A DNA stretch of 56,506 bases, counting the filler, from Catajapyx aquilonaris (taxonomy: Eukaryota), in assembly GCA_000934665.2 (NCBI GenBank). It is 2 parts of 2 records of this genome, joined end to end, with 100 filler letters (N's around TTAATTAATTAA, not from the genome) between each part and the next. Parts side by side here need not be neighbours in the genome. Positions count along the whole stretch, not along the records: positions 28,310 to 56,506 come from JYFJ02004956.1; 1 more part is not named here. The stretch is one strand, 5' to 3'. Shown piece by piece: positions 49,415-56,506 of this stretch. Position 1 is the first letter of the stretch. Every line of letters starts with the position of its first letter. The translations under genes and the position numbers were made by a program. The notes under the pieces were generated by a model. The model worked only from the letters and a program-made list of their open reading frames with translations, had not been told where the DNA came from and did no database searches.

Positions 49415-49970
49415 TTATATTTTTTATTTTTTATTATTATTTTAATTACCCCTCGATAGCCTTGATAGGCTTTTCGGGGGACATTCCCCCCAGCAACAGA
49501 TTTACAGACATATAAATTACTTACACTCAAAATAAACAGCAAAAAGAAATGTTATTCACACAAATCCAGAATCTTTAGCAGACCACTAAAAAGGAGAAAA
49601 AGGGCATATGCTTTGTCCTTGGTTAAATGCTCAAAGAGCTAATGAAGCCTGTCCGGCGGAACTTTGGGAAACTCCTGTAAGTACCTCTGACTTTGCTTCC
49701 GCGTCTGCCTGCAGTCCATTAGGACGTGGTGCATAGAAAAAGTCTCCTCCAGGTTGCACAATTGACAGTAATCTTCCGTTTTAAGTACAATTTTTCTCCC
49801 TTAAACCAAATGTACTTAGACATATTTCTGAGGTTGCACGTTAACCTAATGACTGGCAGTGGGAGCTTCCAGTTTAAGTAAAGCGTTTTATCCTCTACGC
49901 TCCTTATTTCCAAGTAGTGTGCATATTTTTCCTTCGCCGAAAATTTGTGAAATTGTAATGGCTCAAAGTT
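49415..49970 (-). mobile_element. 3' end of a non-LTR retrotransposon
   Basis: Minus strand EDYCQLCNLEETFSMHHVLMDC (C-terminal CCHC finger of ORF2), then a 3' UTR and an A-rich tail at about 49415-49445. Confidence 0.75.
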
Positions 49971-52319
49971 GGCTTAATTGAATATTATGCTATGTAACGA
50001 CCACACATTCAGTTAATGACACTGACTGGTTGTACTGTCGATCAAGTGTTTTGGATTTTGAAGGCGTGGGTTCCTTCGTCTTGGGCAGTCTTGGCAATGT
50101 TAGTGGTGATGGGTTTATAAAAGTGTCCTTTGTGGCATAATCAAGTCCTCCCAAGTTTCAAGCATGTCAGAAATCTTCGCACGCTGGTTGCTCCCTCTTG
50201 GCGCATGCGCTGTAGGCTTTTCCGGGTGGATTCACAGGCAACTTTTCCCTCCCGACGGGATCAACCACCAGTTTGTGAGATATTAATCCACTTATCCCCC
50301 AGCTAATAGCTAGTCTCTCTGCAGGGCTCTTCTCTTGACCTTTGGATACTTGTTGTGGTGGTCATGAAGCAGTCCTGTCATCTGGTCAAATGTACTGTAG
50401 TTATTGTTCCAGACCATGTAAGAATAGGTCTCACGGTTACATCAGCAGGTTACACGTCACGAAATTTCTGAATGTCACAGATGATAGTTTAAAAATGGTG
50501 TCCAGAAGGATGTCATTTATTGAACTAGATGACGCCCCCAAGTAAACTATGCTTATAATGCCATTTTTTCGTTTTTATTTGTAGCAGTTGTATATTCTGC
50601 TGGTGGATATATATTACTCCTCTACCTCCTCCATGGGTGCTGAGGTGTCATATGGATTGCTTACATTTCTATTTCCTACACTGTAATTTTTACAATTCGT
50701 TATGACTATTATACCTTCAGAGATGACATATTTAGGCTAGCTGATCATGCAAATTGTGAGAAGCTGTCTTTTGGGCAGTAAAAGTGTGATATCCAGCAAG
50801 TAGGCAGGTACTTTTCTCAGAAAAATTGACTGCCAGATATGGTATCGGTCTTCGTCATTGTGATTATTATGTAATGAGCAACGCATTTCAATAAGCGAGG
50901 TATTGTGTTTCTGGAGCAGCGGTCATATTATTGTAATTTAATGCCGTAGTTAACGATTAATATGCTAAAAATGGACTCGCATTGCATGATCTAATGATAC
51001 ATTATTATTTTGCAGCATTAAATGCCCTGTATATGCCTGTAACATTTAGGCTGGGATCAATTTTTCGTTTTTCTTTTTTCACTTCACCCGATGCAGTAGC
51101 TGCTTTCGCTGATTTAATTGTCATGCTCGTTTTATATCTGGTGTTTATGTGGCGTACTGTTTCATTTGCTTGGGATGGTGCATTATACTGTTAGTGTTGC
51201 ATTGTATAGGATACTCCTTGACCTCATGCCTCACACGGAGGTCGCCATATCCCAGCCAATGGTCTTTTATCATGTTCAGGCATACGCTTCCTTTATGAAT
51301 CATATACGGTACATATTATTCCGCGATTTGTAGTACCCTTTCTGGGTTGGAAGTATTTCCTTTTAACATGAAAATTCCAGTTAAATGAACCTCCTTTCCA
51401 GCTCGACATCTGCGGTTCTTTCTCTGCTGTTGATGTCCCGGCTGGCCACAGAACTGGAACCTCCAGTGTCGCATTTCGGCATCTGCCCCTCATTGTTGGC
51501 GGCATACGGTGTTTAGTGTTGAGGGAAGATGTTTGCATACCAATGCCACTTGAGGCGAAGAAGATTTCCCGCGGCGCCAATCCACGTCCGTTGACAACAA
51601 AGCTTCCCAGGAACTTCCGCCCTGTGTGTCAGCCGTTCTGTCTCTGATACGTTGAAATCTGAGTATTTTTCCTGCAAATATGCCCCTAATAATAACTGGC
51701 GTTTTTAAATGCCTTCGCTCTTCATTCACAAGCAGTTCTACTTAGCGTAAGGGAGGTTTCAAGTTAGACTAATATTATTGTTTAGGTCTAGTGGTTTGGA
51801 CCTGTGGTAGTTTAGTCAGGTAGGACTATTTCACTGATTCCTGAAATAAAACTGAAGATGCAGCCAAACCCCCATCCTATAGATTATTGGCTTGCCAGTG
51901 AACAAACATACTCTGCAAAACTTTTTTAAAAAAATAACCAATACACAATAACCAGCGCACAATAAAAGACAGAGGTTTGTCGTATGAAAATTTAGTTTAT
52001 TTAGCTTTATTTCAATTGCCCTACTCAAATTCTAATCGTGGTGTTGCACAACTATCCCAGCATTCGCCCAGTCAGTACTACAATACAGATTAGGACTATC
52101 TGGTAATGTCAAGTTGTTACCTACAGTAAGAACCCATGGGTAACGGTCTGAAATTAGCAGGTGGTCCTAACAATATTACGTACTGAACCGATCACGGGAA
52201 ACCACGCAAAACCGTGGTCAGGATAGCCGGCATCATGAGTGATGCCGGGGCCTAGAATTGCCAAAAGAAGCTTGATTCTAACAATGCATGACAAATTTTT
52301 CACAAAAGGATAGGCCTAT

Positions 52320-53702
52320 TAGTTGATCTAGTGGTTTTCTGCTCCCATCTCCGCCGTCGTCCTGGTCTTCGCAGTCCTCCTCCATCTGTTGGGGCTCCTG
52401 GGTTGGGTCCTGTGCTGGATGTCTGAAAATTGTTGGCAATACATTCAGGCATGTTTAAAAGCATTTATAGTGACCCCGGGCGGGGCCACCAGGAGCCACC
52501 CACCGTGGCCCCACGTCCAGATATGTGGTTATTTAACTTCATGCAGTGTTTTTTTTTGCCGTGTACACTCTGAGAAGAAATTCTACTTCTCCTCCTCGTG
52601 GTTTATCTATATGAGTAACTGCAGTATGTCCCTTGTTAGGAGCTCCACAGGATGGGTGTTTTCTCGTTCGTAAGTGTTTTCTGCACGATAAACAGGTTCA
52701 TTGTTTTTGAAAAAATTGCACTCTAGGGGTTCTCGAAGATCTTTCACCTGCAAGAATGAGAACAACCGTGATTTCCTATTACAGCAACGCTAATGAGGTT
52801 TTAACGAGGTATATATTATCATCAGTCCTATGGCAACTAATTAGCTACACATCATGAATATCGTCATTTCAGATGATTAAACTAATATTGTACGTTAAGA
52901 ATACATAGCAAAGCATACCTTCAAACTCACCTCATATATATCAAACCCTAGGGCAATATATTCCACCCTTCCTCTGCGTCCTTCATTAGAGTCTATTTTT
53001 CTGAAGAATGGCTATAACTACATCGCACTTTCCTTCGTTATTATATTCGTCGTTTTCTGTGGAAATGAAGAATTTTGGATTCGACCTAGACTTAGCTGAA
53101 AATAAATTCAACTGTTTGAACCTCATCGTACAGAAAATGTATTAGACAATATATGCCTTACGAAGGTCAGGGTCACATCCTCCTGAAGATCCAGCGACGC
53201 AGGATCTTTCAAAACAACTTAGCTTATGCCAGCCAGAGCACTCTGCGTCCGATAAATCGTACAAGTGACCCGCCGACACTTTACAAAAATGAATGATGAA
53301 ATCACTCCAGATTATCCCAAATTCACCATCGTCCTTTTTTGTTGCCTGCATATGCTTTTTCCAACAAGGGACTCCAGAAGGCGTTGTTATTCTGGGACCT
53401 CAAGTACACCAGCTCATTACTCTTGTTCATCATAACCGATCGTACCCAACATCCATTTTGCCAAAATCTGTAACATTATGATTGATCATATTAGTAACAT
53501 TACATTCCTGACGTTGTAATCACATTATTTTCCTGTGCGACCCAATGAAATGCAACCTTTTTGACAAGTGATGTTTTCTTACCTTATGAAAAATTCCGGC
53601 ATATTTTTCAGAGAAACTCTGGCCTGTTGGTACGACTTGGCAAAAGCGACGGCCGATTGATTAGTGTCAAGTTTGATATGGCTGCCACCAACCAGCAATC
53701 AC
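52320..53702 (-). pseudogene. Calpain pseudogene (catalytic domain remnant plus domain III), spliced, internally deleted
   Basis: Exons 53702-53583 (GDCWLVAAISNLTL../QVVPTGQSFSEKYAGIF), 53467-53162 (FWQNGCWV..FWSPLLEKAYA / DGEF..DF..HF..GGC), 53095-52931 (NPKF..GKCDVVIAILQKNR../LGFDIYE) and 52747-about 52545 (..FFKNN../EVEFLLRVYT). GT-AG introns, stops and frameshifts. Confidence 0.88.
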
Positions 53703-53845
53703 CTGTAGATTAATTACTGGTATCACTCGATACAACATTATGGATCAGTTGCATGTATTATACAGTATAGTATAAAATGAGATGTGAATTTTTGGTAGCG
53801 GCCTTGGCCATATTATCTCTACATACTTTAAGTGTCCTGCACGTA

Positions 53846-54056
53846 CCCCCGCGAGCATAAAGATAGAGACGGAAGGCCCTTTTTTGGCCTTTCTTTGTCC
53901 GACTCAAATTAATGAATTCTTTTGGGACCGAGTTAGCTGCATCAGGCGTGTGTTCGTGTATTTATGACAGTATATTTGATACTGTAATTTCTGAGATTGG
54001 CAGAGCAGCCTGCCGAAGGTGAGGGCCTGCCGCCTCCATCTTTATGCTCGCGGGTG
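53846..54056. mobile_element. MITE with about 35-bp terminal inverted repeats and TA flanks
   Basis: cccgcgagcataaagatagagacggaaggccct and agggcctgccgcctccatctttatgctcgcggg. Confidence 0.75.
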
Positions 54057-55149
54057 TACCTGGGGCAGTAGCTCCTCAACCAGTCCTTGCCCAAAATCGA
54101 GCCCGTGTCATCCGCCATGACATCCGCTTCGTTCCAGTTGTGACGTCACTGATTGCATGCGCGGAATAACGCGTAGCCTAACAGTAAAGTAACAGCTTAT
54201 TATTACCATCTGATTCAATGTAAGTCATAATACGTACCGAGGAATAGTGGGACAGATTTACAGTGAATATGCTGTCTGTTGTGAATCATTTCATTAATCC
54301 TATGGTAATCTCCGGCGTACGGATACCGGTACGGTACTACAGATATGGAGTATTTATTAGTTACTAAATTAGCTATCGCTGTTATTTGGTCTCGTCCTCC
54401 ATAATGGGGAAGTGACATTGGCGTTTTCTTCTTCAACATTCTTTTTTTGTACTCCTGCTTCCTCCGATGGCGTTCTCAGAGATGGGTTTGACACGGAGCC
54501 ACGAATCCTCCTCTGGTTCAAGTATGAGTGGTAAGGTTTTGTTCGTGGCAACCCGCACTGTGGTATGACATTTTGTATGACCATCATCAGAATCCATTGT
54601 CGTGTTGGATTGGTTCCTATGGGTGGCATGAATAATATTAGGTTAGGCACAAATCCAATTAATTCAATCGGCCGTTGGTGTTGCAATAAGGGCCGGTTCA
54701 CACGTTGTTGAATATTCCTCAGCACTTACGTAATTTCACTAAATGTTTTAACGAACGAGAAGAGCAAACGTCTGTGGAACAGATGCAATTCGCTGTTCCT
54801 CATTTGGCAAGTTCAGTGATAAATCAGACGATGCCATTGCACTGCTGTAGTTGTAGTGCATTCCGAATAGTGGCATTATATTGCAAAGTAGTTGAAAAAA
54901 TGGACAAGACTTATTGAGATTCTGGAGAACTGTTTGGCTGTGCTCTCGCAGTTCGCCTTCGTGCAAGGTCGTATAGCCATTGCAGTGGAAGATTTTAAAG
55001 TCGGGGAGAAAATGTTCGCATGGCCATGGAATTGCCATCTTTCCATCTCTTGAGGGAAGATGAGCAGCCCAAACGTTATTAGATTAATCTGTGGGAATAT
55101 TGATGAATGTCGGGGTGGTACCTAATAAAGTGGTGGTTCCTCTGCTGAA

Positions 55150-55740
55150 GTATTTTGCTTGTTTTGTTCGGCCTTAGTCATTGTTATAATTTATCGTTCA
55201 TCACTGCATCTTGCTAATCTCTTGTCATCCAAGCAGATTATCTCATGATTAATGACCTAACTCGGAGCGTCACAGTATTAGTGACACGTCATGTTCAGTA
55301 TCACCGTCGTTCTTCCTCCTACTTCTAGTAGAACCTTCCTGTCTTTGTCTTTGTTTGTGGGCAAGGAGCAGCGAAGAGCAGGTAAAATGCGTTTTGGAAC
55401 GTACAGGTATCAAGCGGTGCACCCGATATGCTCGCACCTGGACGTCGCTCCACATGCCCTGGGTGAGCTTGGAACACATCCTCTGGTTTAATATTCAAAA
55501 ACCGAGATTATTATGGTAATCTGCTGATGCTCTTCTGCTGATTTAGGCATCATTGACATTCAATCCGTTTCCTCATAAGCAAAGTCGGTAACATCATAAT
55601 TGAGATCACCCATGCAGAGATGAACGCAATTATTGTTTCCGAATATTTCGGCCCGTGCACTTCACCAACAAGAATGGTGAGACTCATCTTCATATGATTG
55701 CTTACCATGGCCACAAGGATGTGGTGCACTTCACATCAGC
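55150..55740 (-). pseudogene. Possible further decayed BTB-BACK gene
   Basis: EVHHILVAMVSNHMK..ETIIAFI/LCMGDL..ADY..; later IICLDDKRL..SDE. Weak pattern match only. Confidence 0.3.
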
Positions 55741-56506
55741 TTCTTTCTCCAGAAGTAAAGGGTTGGTGTTGAAAATTAGGCCCGGTGTTTTATCATGCGG
55801 GTTTCCTGGTTGAATGAACTAGACATGCACTTCAGGCGTCAAGTCTGTCCCGACAGTACATTTCAGATCCTGCGTGGTATGAATAGTGAATGTTTGTTAC
55901 ACTCATTATTAGTACTGAGAAGGTATAATTGGTGACTCTCATGTGTCAGAGAATACTCACAAGAATCAGTTGGCTATTTGGGTTATGGCCTAGGGAATAT
56001 TCCTTTGAGAGTCCTCAGCTCCCCCGCCCAGGTCTCACACGCCTGTTGTTTCAGCGATTGTGCATAAGCCGCGAGAATGGATTGTCGCAACATTTCCATT
56101 TTGCAGTGTTCCCTAGAGACTAGTATGTTAGTAGTCATTGTGCACTCTTAAACGATCTCGAGACATTTACTAATCAAAATATCTTATTAATAATTATAAT
56201 TTAGCATGTACAAAAATATATCTCATGTTATCTTATCAATTTTTGTGAAATCCTACCTGGCATCATAATTATTTAGATGGCAGAGCTCTTTGCCAGGAGA
56301 TGTCGCAGGAGGGTAATGATTATGATGTCCTTCTTAAGTGGCAGAACGGATCTGTAGTTACTATACCACACCCCCAATTCTCTCTTTTACACATCCTGAT
56401 GTTATAGTTGATGCTGTTGTTCGGTTCGGAGGTGTGGGGCAAAGGTGCCTCGGCTCTGGGCGTCCAAAAACATCTGCGGAGGGCCTTGCGTCCTTTTCTG
56501 CTCGCC

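Noticed and set aside
55595..55625. LCMGDLNYD as an endonuclease/phosphatase (Helentron or LINE) motif
   Set aside because: No other EEP motifs are nearby, and the context fits a BTB-like remnant at least as well.

Overview
Eukaryotic genomic DNA, most likely arthropod (inferred from the gene family, the tRNA-SINEs and a (TTAGG)n tract). An assembly gap at 28210-28309 splits it into two very different halves. The left half (1-28.2 kb) holds the 3' part of an apparently intact, spliced Sidestep/nephrin-like immunoglobulin-superfamily receptor gene on the + strand: Ig, Ig, an FN3 split over two exons, a transmembrane exon, and a likely last exon ending ESAL*. Its introns are packed with tRNA-derived SINEs, MITEs and nested DNA transposons (piggyBac-like > Harbinger > Transib, plus two Tc1/mariner derivatives). 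The right half (28.3-56.5 kb) has no intact long ORF. Hand translation of the minus strand across stops and frameshifts shows a dense, co-oriented array of decayed genes: several BTB/BACK-like genes, a RING/B-box-like gene, an intron-containing calpain with an internal deletion, and at least three unidentified multi-copy families, one with a C-x4-C-x2-C motif. Only a few LTR/LINE/MITE insertions occur there. This decayed array is the most interesting feature and could be the relic of an endogenous large DNA virus or giant cargo element, but I found no viral core gene or element ends. All domain calls come from manual motif recognition, not database searches.
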